Shown: one piece after another, positions 1 through 11,608 of the stretch
How the letters are laid out: each line of letters begins with the position of its first letter
Position numbering within the stretch: position 1 is the stretch's first letter
DNA from: Octopus vulgaris
Taxonomy: Eukaryota
Length of the DNA stretch: 64,000 nt
Direction: 5' to 3'
Assembly: GCA_951406725.2 (NCBI GenBank)
Contig: OX597814.1
Location: 187,364,001-187,428,000, forward strand
The notes under the pieces: model-generated
What the model was told of the DNA's origin: nothing
Seen by the model: only the letters and a program-made list of their open reading frames with translations
Databases searched by the model: none
Position numbers and translations under genes: made by a program

Positions 1-894
1 TATATAGACATGGGTGGGTGTTTGTGTGTATATGTGTGTGTGTGTCTGTAAGATTATAGAGCAAGCATAAATGAATAGGCATATACAGATAAATAGATAG
101 GAAACAGGCTAACAGAATTTGTGAGGTAAAATATTTTGATGGTAGATAAACTAATATGTCTATCACCAGCCATTATCACTACATTTTATTTTCTTAGCTT
201 AAACTTTAAGCATTCAATACAGCTATTTCAGTTTCTCATAACTCTATTTAATAGCAATGTTGGCTACAAGCCTAATCATAAGCATCTGAAATAATTTTAA
301 AATTCAACAGAAAAATATATTTTCTCATGATAAATCTTTTTTTTTTTTTACCTTTTCAAATAACACATATGCTGTTTTTAGACTATAATAATTAATTAAT
401 AAGAAAGTTTTATTGAATGCTTGAAGATTCAATGGATAAAATAAGTAAACCAACAATAATAACTGATTTCAAATTTTGGCACCAGGCCAGTAATTTGAGG
501 GGAGGGGCAAGTCGGTTTTATTAATGCCAGTGCTCAACTGGTACTTATTTTGTCGATCCCGAAAAGATGAAAAGCAAAGATGACCTTGGCGGAATTTAAA
601 CTCAGAATGTAAAGAGAAAGCAATAATAATAATAATAATTATCATTATTATTATTAGTTAATATAAATACATGACCACAATATAAATATATATAAATATA
701 TATAAATACATGACCACAAAGGAAGTGTATAATCAATCAAGCACACCACAGAAGTTGACTGGTAAATTATTTTAATGATGCTGGAGAGATGAAAGGCGAA
801 GTTAACTTTGGTAGGATTTGAACAAAGAACATCGACTAAATATAACAAGGTATTTTGTTCAAAGCCCAACTGATTCTGCTACTTATGCCCTTTA

Positions 895-1070
895 TCCCTT
901 TGGCATTCAAACTGGCCATATCCAGCCTCTCACACCTACCTTGTAATATCATTCTAAAAATAAATAATTACATCATTGAAATCTCAAAGCTACAAGACAA
1001 TACATGATTAACTCAAAACAATGTGAATAAATAAGCATTACATTTGACAGTATTCTGAATGCTAAAGGGC
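895..1070. mobile_element. piggyBac-like MITE family 1 (internally deleted copy)
   Basis: CCCTTTGGCATT...AATGCTAAAGGG termini in degenerate TTAA context. Homologous to 40360-40560, 52540-53102 and 61682-62330. Confidence 0.6.
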
Positions 1071-2182
1071 TTATGCCTATTTTAGCACAGTTCAGAATGT
1101 AAAGTTACATGACTTTATACTGTAATGCATTTTAAGTACAATTTCTACTGCTTCTGACACTACTATTTGGGGTAAAGATAATTATTTCAAATTTTAGCAC
1201 AAGGCCAGCAATTTTAAGGGGAAAGCTAAGTCAATTATATCAACCCCAGTGCTCCATTGGTACTTATTTTATTGACCCCAAAAGGATGAAAGGCAAAGCC
1301 AAACTCAGTGAAATTTGAATCCACTCGTGGTAAAAAAAGAAAATAATTTCCTAGATGCATAAAAATAAAATCTGTGTAGATTTGGGAATAAATATAGCCA
1401 TTTCAAAAAATCCTGTTTACTATTATGTGGATGCAATTCCAGCCTTCATTAAACATAAAGAAAACCTCCCATGGTGACCCCATTAAACATAATATCATAA
1501 CATAAAAACTCTTCAAAACAATCAATTTAGGCACAGTAGTAAGGTTGTGTGGTAAGGAGTTTACTTCCCAACCACATGGTTCTGGGTTCAGTCCCATGCT
1601 TAGCATCTTCAGTAAGTGTCTAAGTGTTTACCATAGTCACAGGCCTTGTGAGTGTATCTGGTGGACAGAAACTGAAAAAGGACAGTCATGTGTCTGCTGG
1701 TTTGTTTACATCTCCATAACTTAGTGTTTCCATCAGGCTTAGAAAATGTAAATAAGTACTGGGTCGGTTTGTTAGACTAAAATGATTCAAGGTAGTGCCC
1801 TTGCATAGCCAAAACCACATCATAAAAACCAAAATTTTACCATATTGGGAACCCTGCTCACATATATGGGTCAACGTAGCTGCTATAAACACACAGGTGA
1901 CCTAGACAACATCCAAAAGATCATTTAAACTGATTGGCAATGATTCAGTTACCAATACTCTTTAATCACTTTGTTCGGATCCCTCCCCCTGTGCTCTCTA
2001 TCACTACTACATAGCTTCTGCTCTCCCAAATTATCCACTCTGGCTCACTAATCTCTCTATCTTTGTCCTCATCCACACATTTCTGTAGGCACTGACCAAC
2101 AGATGTTAAAAAAAACTGAACCTCAACCGTACCGATCTTACCAGTTTGAGAAAGCTTGCAAAGATCATGAACACTACTCCAC

Positions 2183-2235
<53 letters not shown>

Positions 2236-2292
2236 TTAAACTTAGAATAATAATGTACTGGTTTCTTTACTATCCTTGTCAAATCTACTAAC

Positions 2293-2487
2293 CTAAAAAT
2301 AAGTTTCTATCAGCACTAACATGACCACAACCCATAGTTATCCAAAACATGAAACAGATCCATTTTCATTATTATTGTTAGGTGTATATCATTTGATTTT
2401 GGTTCTAGCAATGCCAACTTTATGTGGAGAATCATGTATTAATATAACCAGTTCATGCAAAGTGATCTTCACCAGTAGAGACACCAA
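2293..2487 (-). other. Candidate exon containing a possible main start (MGCGHVSADRNLFL...)
   Basis: Acceptor TTTTGTTTTTTTTTTACTTGCTACATGCATTCAG| and donor TAG|GTTAGT at 2293/2292. ATG at 2335 is in a strong context (ACTATGG) and open to the donor. Confidence 0.35.
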
Positions 2488-3367
2488 CTGAATGCATGTA
2501 GCAAGTAAAAAAAAAACAAAACAGAGAACTAAGTAGAAACTGTAAAACAAGCAGTAGTAAAAAGAGACAGGCAAGGAAAAGAAGATAACGAGAAAGGGGG
2601 TATAATGGAAAACTGATCTTGATTATGGAAGAACATAACATAGAGATGAATTGAAAAGTTAGAGATCAATAAAAAGGAGCTAGTATGCATGTATGTGTGT
2701 GTGTGTCTATATAACATAAAATTACAAAGCTAAAGAGAGAGTAATGCAAGTCAAAAACAGTCTTGGTGTTCAGTGTGTGTTGTGACCTTGCAAACAATAA
2801 AAAATGCTAGGCATGGATGAATACCTGTAAAGCCTGCCCGGGTCATGTATAAATGTACTGAGAGATTTATAAGATTGTTAATACATTCAGTGGGGCAGTT
2901 TTAAGATCTACAGAAATGCTGATTTCCATTCTCAGTCCAACTTTCTTTTAGTTATCCCGCCATTAAAAAACACTATTACAGTATTCTTTGTACTCATTCT
3001 GTCTGTTTCCCATTGTAGTTGAAATTGCTACAGTCCAACATGAAGAAAGAATCTGCTGGGATCCCAGAAATGGATAAAGAGAACATTGCTGTAGATAGGC
3101 AATGCATCAAGGGAATGCAGGTGCATAGAATAAACAAACTTTCAATTGATGCAGCCTGAGCCTAGGAGCTTTGGATTTATACATGTTTTAACTTTGATTC
3201 AGGCAAATTAATCAATGCACTTTGATAACGGAATGGATAGCATTTTAGGTGTACTGCACAAAAATCATGGACCATGATAGACGCATAAGGGATATGTGAT
3301 GTCTGGCAGTGAAAGCAAATACCTTCAAACAGCAAATATATGGGCAATGTAAACTTAAAGTTTAATA

Positions 3368-3556
3368 TCATCATCATCATCATCATCATTGTTTAACGTC
3401 TGCTTTCCATGCTAGCATGGGTTGGACGGTTCGACTGGGGTCTGGGACGCCAGGAGGCTGCACCAGGCCCAGTCTGATCTGGCAGTGTTTCTACAGCTGG
3501 ATGCCCTTCCTAACGCCAACCACTCCATGAGTGTAGTGGGTGCTTTTTACATGCCA
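3368..3556 (-). mobile_element. SINE family C
   Basis: (CAT)n then GTTTAACGTC..TTTCCATGCTAGCATGGGTTGGACGG...GGATGCCCTTCCTAACGCCAACC. Confidence 0.75.
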
Positions 3557-6394
3557 CTCTTTCTCTCTCTCATACACACTTTGCTTTTACCGTTTTCCCA
3601 TACTGAAGCACATCAGTGATACATTGCAAAATAATTTTTACCATGATGTCATAATAAAAAGCATTTATATTCTGCTATAAATACTCGATAAATATAAACA
3701 AAATAGTGTGTGGTCATTAGAACTGTTTGGAAACAGCAGGAAGGTATTTTGCCACTGGTCAATCTAAACTGCTGGACTTGCTTGTTTCTTACAACATTTG
3801 GCTAATCCTTAGATGAATTTTCCAAACAGTTGCTCATCTAAGTAGTGGCCGTACATGACAACTTCACTTCAGTAACCATGCTTCCAGACATAATTGGTTA
3901 CAATAAATGATAGCTGCTTCTACACACAGAACAAGTGCAAAGAATGTCATGCAAAGTCAACTGAAAGAATATACGTTCCTTTAAAAACAATATTTATAAT
4001 TGCTTATGTGTCTATGTATACATATCTATGTGTGAGAGAGAGAGAGGCGGGGAGAATTTGTTTTTTATTTTTTTATTTTTTGTCAGTCTTACTGTAATGG
4101 GAAGTCCAGTAAAAGTAACAGTTAAGACTTCTAGTTACCACTAATACTACCCCACCTCTAAGCATAGCATAGCATACTTTTAGACATGATATACATACTC
4201 TCCTTAGAGTTTTCTCAAAGTAACTTGTCCTAGATTTACACCCATCCACTCACCTCCAAAACATCCCAAATTCTGGGTATTAGAATTTTATCTGGGTGAT
4301 GGAAGAGGAGGGAAAAAAGGGAAGGGGAAATGGAGATGGTGGTGTGTATGTGAGGTAGGGGAGCTAAACACAAACTTGGTGCCTATAAAGATGATGGTGG
4401 ATGCTTGAGAAAGGAAAGGAAAATGAGGGAAACTGGGGAAAATTAATGAGTCGATAGCTTCTTGGAAAGATATGATACAAAGTTTAAGGAACAAAGAAGC
4501 ATATTTTAGTTCTCAAGGAAATAAGAAGGCACTGACAGATAGAAACAAGGGAGAAGTAATCTGAAGAAGCTACTAGATACACTGATGCAGATTTACCAGA
4601 ATGGACACTGGTGGAAAGGTGTATTGAAAGCATCAAGGAAGAAATATATAAGAAGCTGTGTCTATGAAAGGGAGCTGTTAAATTTTGAGATAGGTAGGAT
4701 ACTAGAACTAAGACTGAGTGAGCCATCATCATCAGTGATATCAGAGAAGGGCTGTGTTTATTTTCCTAAAACCTTAGAATGTAGGTAAACTCCTGCCAAG
4801 CTGCATCTGTGACCTGGTTTCAATTTTCAGTTGGCAGTATTTCACTTCACTGGTTGATATTTCAATTTTAGAGAAAGACTTACAATCACAACTTCACAAT
4901 TCCCTACTCCTAATCTTTAAATAAGGTCATTTATTGATTTCTTAAAAATGTTATTTGTAGGGAAGCAGTTCAGTCATCTGACCCAATTGCAGTATAATAA
5001 GTAATATTTATTCAACTGACCACCAGAGGTGTCAAGTACAAAGCTGATACCAGTGGGATGTGATCTCAGATTTACCTTGTAATTTCATACAGCAGTCTAC
5101 TGTTACGGTCATTCCATTACTTAAATAAACTATATAATTAGACAAGCACAAAATCCAATTTTAAGAACATTAAAAAATGGGACAAGGGATATCAGTTCAG
5201 TGGTTAACAATTAATATTTTATATTTATTGGTAACTAATTAAATAAAATTAAAGTACCACAAAAAAAGCTGCCTGATCACTGGACAAGTCTTGTCAAAAA
5301 TATACTCTTTGGCGCCTAAATTCATAAACTGTCAGTCCTCTTTGATTACATGCTTAATCACTACAACAGAGCAATAGTAGAATGTTGCTCACATCAATTC
5401 ATGATCAACTACAGTTAAGAGTAGCCAAAGAGTATTGTGTGGGTATCCAAATCAAGTATCTGATGGTGTATGTTGGTCTACACAAGAAATTAACAGTGTT
5501 ACAAGACATCAAATACAGAGTACAGAATATCATCTATCTAACACAATGTTTATCACAGTGTCAAAGCTAACAACTGCGTTCATATAAAAGGGCTCACAGA
5601 AAAGTGTTATTCTTGAACTATGGAAAAAATTGAATCCCACTTTGAAAGATCTAGAAATAAAAATCAGAATTTTAGATCTTCATTTTACAAACTTAATTGG
5701 ATCTCTGAGTTATATCATGGAAACATTAGTATAAAATAAAAGTTAAGTTGCACAAGTCAACACTAATTATTTAATTATTAACAATTTCTCTTGAACATGT
5801 CTATAAAAGAGAAAAGGCCATTTATATCTATGTCTATGAGTGCAAAGGTTGTATAGTTAAAGAGCTAGATTACTGAGAACACCTTGACACATGATCAAAT
5901 TTTACTATAACCATGTGTTGTGCTTCTATGCAAGATCCCAAACATCAGTTGGTCTAGTTTACTTGAATGAAAAACAAGCGTTTCAACAACTGAATAGTTT
6001 GTAGTAAGAAAGGTGCCCAGCTGTAAAAACAATTGCGGTAGCAAATAAACCTTTCTACTCATGCAGATCTAAAGATTTTCATCTTTACTATGTCAAATCT
6101 ATGCAATGAAGATGTAATAACTGATTGTATGTGAGCAAATATAACTTACAACACCTCAATTTTATGATGCATTTGCCACCCATATCAAATATCAGTTTCA
6201 TGATCAATTTTCCTATAAAGCTACAAGCTTAACTTTTTCTCAAAGTATGCTAATAGAGCTAAGGCACAAATAACAAGAACAGTTACTTAAATAACTATTT
6301 GACAAATTGTAATATGGTTTCAATGTTTTTAAATCTAGTTTGAAAATTTTTTATTACATAGCAATAAGAAAAATGTCCTATGTCTACAATGGGA

Positions 6395-6456
6395 CATATA
6401 TACCTACACACACACACACATATATATATATACATATATACACACACACAAATATT

Positions 6457-6489
<33 letters not shown>

Positions 6490-6595
6490 ACATACATATA
6501 TATACATATATACACATACACATATATATATATACACACATACATACATTTACATATATATACATCTATATACACATATGTATACACACACACAT
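6395..6595. repeat. Compound (CA/TA)n microsatellite
   Basis: Directly visible. Source of several spurious ORFs. Confidence 0.9.
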
Positions 6596-7254
6596 TCTGA
6601 ATGATACATAATATAATGTTTCTGCTTAGTGCTTATAATGATAGAAGCAAAGATCTCATGTCAAATAGCCAATCCTTACATATAAAGTATTGCAAGTCGA
6701 AAAATGTTAAGGTTTCCAATAAAGTGCTTGAGTACTCTATAGTTGCGTTGTTAGAATGGTCAGTGTAAATTTGGCTACTTCAATGATGTTAGAACAGGTG
6801 CTTTCACACAGGAAAAACTTAAGTGGAACCTGTCTGCAGTTAAGCTAACTAAAGAAAGTCACATAATTTGCTTACAAGAACATGAGAGAATGATCGCAAA
6901 GAACGTCTCGTTATTTCCTACATCAAGGATAAGTGCAAATGAACTCTGCAGACCACTCAAACTGGTCAGGTCAGTGCGGTCAATGTTCAGTTAGAACGTA
7001 CGTAGATCGATATATGTAAAGAAAACAAACATAAGCAGAAAGTTCCAGGTCTAGATGAAATATTTAGAATACTAATTAGTGCATGAGACATTGCATTGAA
7101 ATAACAGATTGTAATTTAACCCTGATTAAACACATCTTTCGTCAAACTAATCCCTCCAAACAATACAATCATGTATGCATCATTATTCAAAATGTTGTTC
7201 AGTTCCCAAACAGTAGAAAGTGCATTAATTTGTTTCGATGATGGTGATATACAA

Positions 7255-7527
7255 ATGAAGGCATATGGTTTAGTGGTTAGAGTATTTGGCTCACGATCGT
7301 GAGGCTGTGAATTCATTTCTAAGAGGTGTGTTCTGTCCTTGAGCAAGACACTTTATTTCATGTAGGGCCAGCTTTGTCATATTATGTGTCATGCTGAATC
7401 TCTGAGAACTATGTTAAGGGTACACATGTGTGGGCATGCTCAGCCACTTGCATGTTTATTTCATGAGTAGGTTATTCTGTTGATTGAATCAACTGGGACC
7501 CTCATTGTAACTGACAGAGCACCAGTA
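7255..7527 (+). mobile_element. tRNA-derived SINE family D (V-domain-like)
   Basis: Head GGCATATGGTTTAGTGGTTAGAG and core TGTCCTTGAGCAAGACACTTTA. Inverted homolog at 7845-8098. Confidence 0.7.
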
Positions 7528-7535
7528 GGGTGCTC

Positions 7536-8595
7536 TGTCATTGAGGGTGAGACACTAAAATACATGACTACAAGCTTAAAGTCTTACCAAACTACAACTA
7601 TTTCTGCTGGATCTTGAAGGACCATATATATATATATATTTTCTTGTGATAGGGAGTACAATTTGAACTTGCTAGTTCAGAAGAACAGAAACCCTTAGAG
7701 TAGCAACAGGGTGAGCAATGTTTTGATGTCTGAATGGTTTTAGAATGTTGTTATGTGAAAGACTGCCAATCAGTTCAATGTTGGGTGTATCTTTTTAATG
7801 CACTGTGGGTTTGTAATTGTACTTTATGAAGTTTATAAGGTTAGTATATATAGGAGCATTCCGTTGGCTATGACGACAAGGGTCCCAGGTGATACAATCA
7901 ACAGAACAGCTTGCTCATGAAATTAATGTGCAAGTGGTTGAACAATCCATAGACATGTGTGCCCCTAACGTAAGTTCTCAGGGAGAATCAGCGTGACACA
8001 GAGTGTGACAAGGCTGGCCCTTTGAAATACAGGTACAACTTACTTTTACCAGCTGAGTGGACTGGAGCAAAGTGAAATAAAGTAACTTGCTCAAGGACAT
8101 AAGGTTAGCAACTGTTCAATGAAGCAATAAAAGGCTATGTTGAAGTTAGACTAACTACAGCAAGACAGGTAATATAAATATAATTGTTCCAGTTCATATA
8201 GCTGTATTTTAATGCTATAATCTCCGTACTAGGCTTAATTCAATACAAAAGTGTTTATTTTAATGGTTAAAGATTTTGTAGAGATGTTAGAACATTGGAT
8301 AGAGCACCTTATGGTATTTATTCTGGCCCTGTGTGTTCTAGAGTTCAAATCCTGCTGAGGGTAACTTTGCCCTTCATCGTTCAGGGTCACTAAATAAAGA
8401 ACCAGTTCAAAGCAGCAAATAGATATCTGCTATGTTATAGGTATCTGTATTTATTACATGTGTTCTGAGTTCAAATTCTACTCCCTATTACAAGAAAATA
8501 TATACATGGTCCTCCAAGATCCACCAGAAATGGTTGTAGTTTGGTAAGACTTTAAGCATGCAGTCATGTATTTTAGTGTCTCACCCTCAATGACA
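7536..8595. repeat. Long inverted duplication: arms 7536-7669 and 8468-8595
   Basis: Manual alignment: 8 substitutions over 128 bp plus a 6-nt (TA)n length difference. Confidence 0.95.
7845..8098 (-). mobile_element. 5'-truncated family D SINE with TSD
   Basis: TSD ATAAGGTTAG at 7835-7844 and 8099-8108. Homologous to 7255-7527. Confidence 0.75.
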
Positions 8596-8601
8596 ACATA
8601 C

Positions 8602-8827
8602 CAGTTGGCAGGAAAGAATGCAGAGGGACCATCTTCTCTTCAGGTTTCATTATTTTACATCACAACTGATGGACAATTTCGTTGATGAGTATAGGTCTCC
8701 ACTGTGTCTTTGATAGCAAAAGTAACAATGGAGCTTCTGCAACTTGATGCAGAATAAGTGTTGCAAGACACTTCTATCAAAAGGCATTGTTTTTGTTGTT
8801 GTCAATCTTCATATTGATGTTTACATC
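8602..8827 (-). other. Candidate internal exon (226 nt, uORF-rich or non-coding)
   Basis: Acceptor TTTGTTTGTGTCACTTACACTTTAG|G and donor CTG|GTATGT. Unique, non-repeat sequence. Confidence 0.5.
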
Positions 8828-11371
8828 CTAAAGTGTAAGTGACACAAACAAATGGTGGGCTTCTGCACAGTTTCCAACTGCAAAATTCTAAAAACAAGAT
8901 ATTAGTCAAGGTGCTATATGGTGTGTGATCAAACTTGGATTCACATGTTATAAAATGAACTTCTAAATCAAATTGCCATATATGCACGCAAGTACTATTT
9001 ATTATTATACATTATTATAATGTTTTTCTTTATTTATGTTTAAACATGTGAAGGTACATGGCTGTGCACTGTGTTCTTGAGCAAAGCACTTCATTTCAGG
9101 TTGCTCCAGTCAACTCAGCTGTAAATGGCTACCCTTGTGAGTGACTGCTGTTCAATTCATGTAATGTTTGCCTAATGTAGCCAGTGGCATCATTTGAATG
9201 TTATAACAATGCAAAGCGCAATGCGATAATCTGGTTGATACTGTTATATCGTGATGTTTGGACACAGATATTTCAACATATAAAATATAATTGCAAACAA
9301 ACAGTCGTCGCTCTTTACATATTCTAAATGATCTCTTGTGAGTGGACAAAGGGTTCCTCACTTCTTGTGCAGAGAAGAATTGTAATCAACAGAATCAACC
9401 TCAAAATCTTACTGGTACTCATTTAAAAAAAAACACGAAAAAGTAATAAACTAAGTTAACTATAATGAAATTATGAGACACTGCGTGCATATATACACAC
9501 ATGCACTATAAAGCATCATATTCTGCTCTTATCATATAGACAAATGATTGCTTGCTTCTAGAATCAAAATAATAACCAGATGGGTATTACAAATTGCTCT
9601 GAATGTAAATATATTATTTAGTTTGATAATTTGATGGGAAATACTATAACTAGCACTTTGTACATAGCATAATGTGCAATAGGGGTATCTCATGAGATTC
9701 AGCATACAACATTAATTAGAAATATATTTCAGAATCTTTTTTGCTTTGTAATTCTTACATATGGCAGGAAATAAAGTATATAATAAATTAAGGAAGTGTC
9801 ATAAATAGGATTAAATATATTAATATCAGTCTCTTAATTAGTAAAATTTGTCTATATGACACCTTGTTTCCATTCTGATATGCTAATGTCAGGCAGGTGT
9901 TAGTAAAAGTATTACAAATTTCCTTCATTATAAACAGAGGCGTGCCTTTTATATTCAACAAAACAGTGTCAGATATGTCTCTGTTCAAACTCAACACAGA
10001 AAACGTTGTTTCCTAACATTCCACTCTCTAAAGCAACAAATGATGTCAAGTGGAGACAGTGAAGAGTTCCTGGAGCAGTTGTTCAACTTGCTAAAATAGA
10101 TTTTGACTGTTTTTGATGCAGGAGCTATATTTTAAGTCATAACCACAAGGAAAAAAACACAAATGAGATGACCCATAACTAAAAAGCTGCATGAAATAAG
10201 GTTTGCTACAATTAACTCAATAAGCTGACCTTTTGGATGAAAACTAATTAGATAGCTTTTGTAAACATTCATCAGATGAACTATTTATTCTTGATAACCA
10301 GAGAGCATATGAATCATTGAATCACAGTGGATTAAGTACAACACAACAAGCTGAGAGTTTGGCATTTTTTGATGTACCTAAAACAGTTGACTCTCACATG
10401 GCCCCATCCAACTTGACTGAAAATAGATATTACAAGAAGTAACAACTTGTCATTCTAATCAGGAGTACCACTGCAGAGTGGACTAGTAGTTTATAAACCT
10501 GAATTTTAAGGTGAATTCCTTCCCTGAGTATAGCAAGGAGGAGTGGATTCCAAAATACTGAATTATTCAAGACATACTCTATAAACATGGGTTGTGCATT
10601 CAAACAGATAAAGAAGCTAACCATGTAATTTACCACATGTAAAAAAACTTTTATTTCAGTTCAAAATGAGCATTTCTTAATGTGCTAGGCCACAATATTT
10701 CCATTTCCAAAGTGGGCATCCTGATACACCTATTTTTCTACCTGATAGATGTTCTCATCGTTTTAAGTCACTTTTCCATGATCAGATGGAGTTTACTGAG
10801 GCATATTTTCAATAGCTGGATGCCCTTCCTGTCACCAACCCTAATTTGTTTCCAAAGTAAGGTAATATTCCCTCCTGGCTGGACAGGATTTTGCAGAATA
10901 TTAGAAGCGAATGACACTGTTTATGATAGTGAAGCTCATCTACAACATGCGATGTCAGGACAAGGAGAGACAAACATCCGCTAGCATATGAGCATATATA
11001 TAACATTCACACACTAGCTTTCAGTTTTCACCAGGGGCTATACTAGAGGACTTTTAGCCAAGGTGCCACACAGTGGGACTGAATGCAAAACCATGTGGCT
11101 GAGAAGCAAACTTTTTCACAACATAGTCATGACTGTGCCATGTTTTGTGTATGAATAACTGAATGTGAAATAAGGTGTTCTATACACAAGCTATTACTTG
11201 TAATCTATAATCAGAACCAGGGTTTGGATCCAATGACAACTGGCAGAAATTCTTTTTGAACCATCTCAGATCAATCAGCTGCCTATTTCCATCAGCTAGG
11301 TGAATTGAGATGAAGTAGAATAGTGTTCTGTCTAGAAACACAACACAATGCGTACTATAGTAAGGTTTTAA

Positions 11372-11608
11372 CCCTTTTGTTACTGTATTTATTTTGAGAA
11401 GCTCTGTGTTTCTTTCAATTATTTTAAATATAACACAGAATTTAATAAAATAACTTAGTTATCATTAAGCTAGTGTTAGATGTTGTTATGTGAAAGACTG
11501 CCAATCAGTTCAATGTTGGGTGACTAAGGTTTGGTGGAAGATTTTAATTCAGAACTTTTGAAAACAAAACATTTGTACTACAGAGCCAGTTTCAGCCGGG
11601 TTGTTAAC
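11372..11608. mobile_element. piggyBac-like MITE family 2 carrying a 43-bp templated insertion
   Basis: Starts TTAA|CCCTTTTGTTAC. A related diverged copy lies at about 37266-37446. Bases 11480-11522 are identical to 7745-7787. Confidence 0.5.

Noticed and set aside
130-285. Minus-strand acceptor ATTTCAG|ATGCTT as the next coding exon after MGCG...
   Set aside because: All three frames hit stops before a credible donor.
3040-3159. 39-aa plus-strand ORF MKKESAGIPEMDKEN...
   Set aside because: Short, with no recognisable homology and no convincing exon structure.
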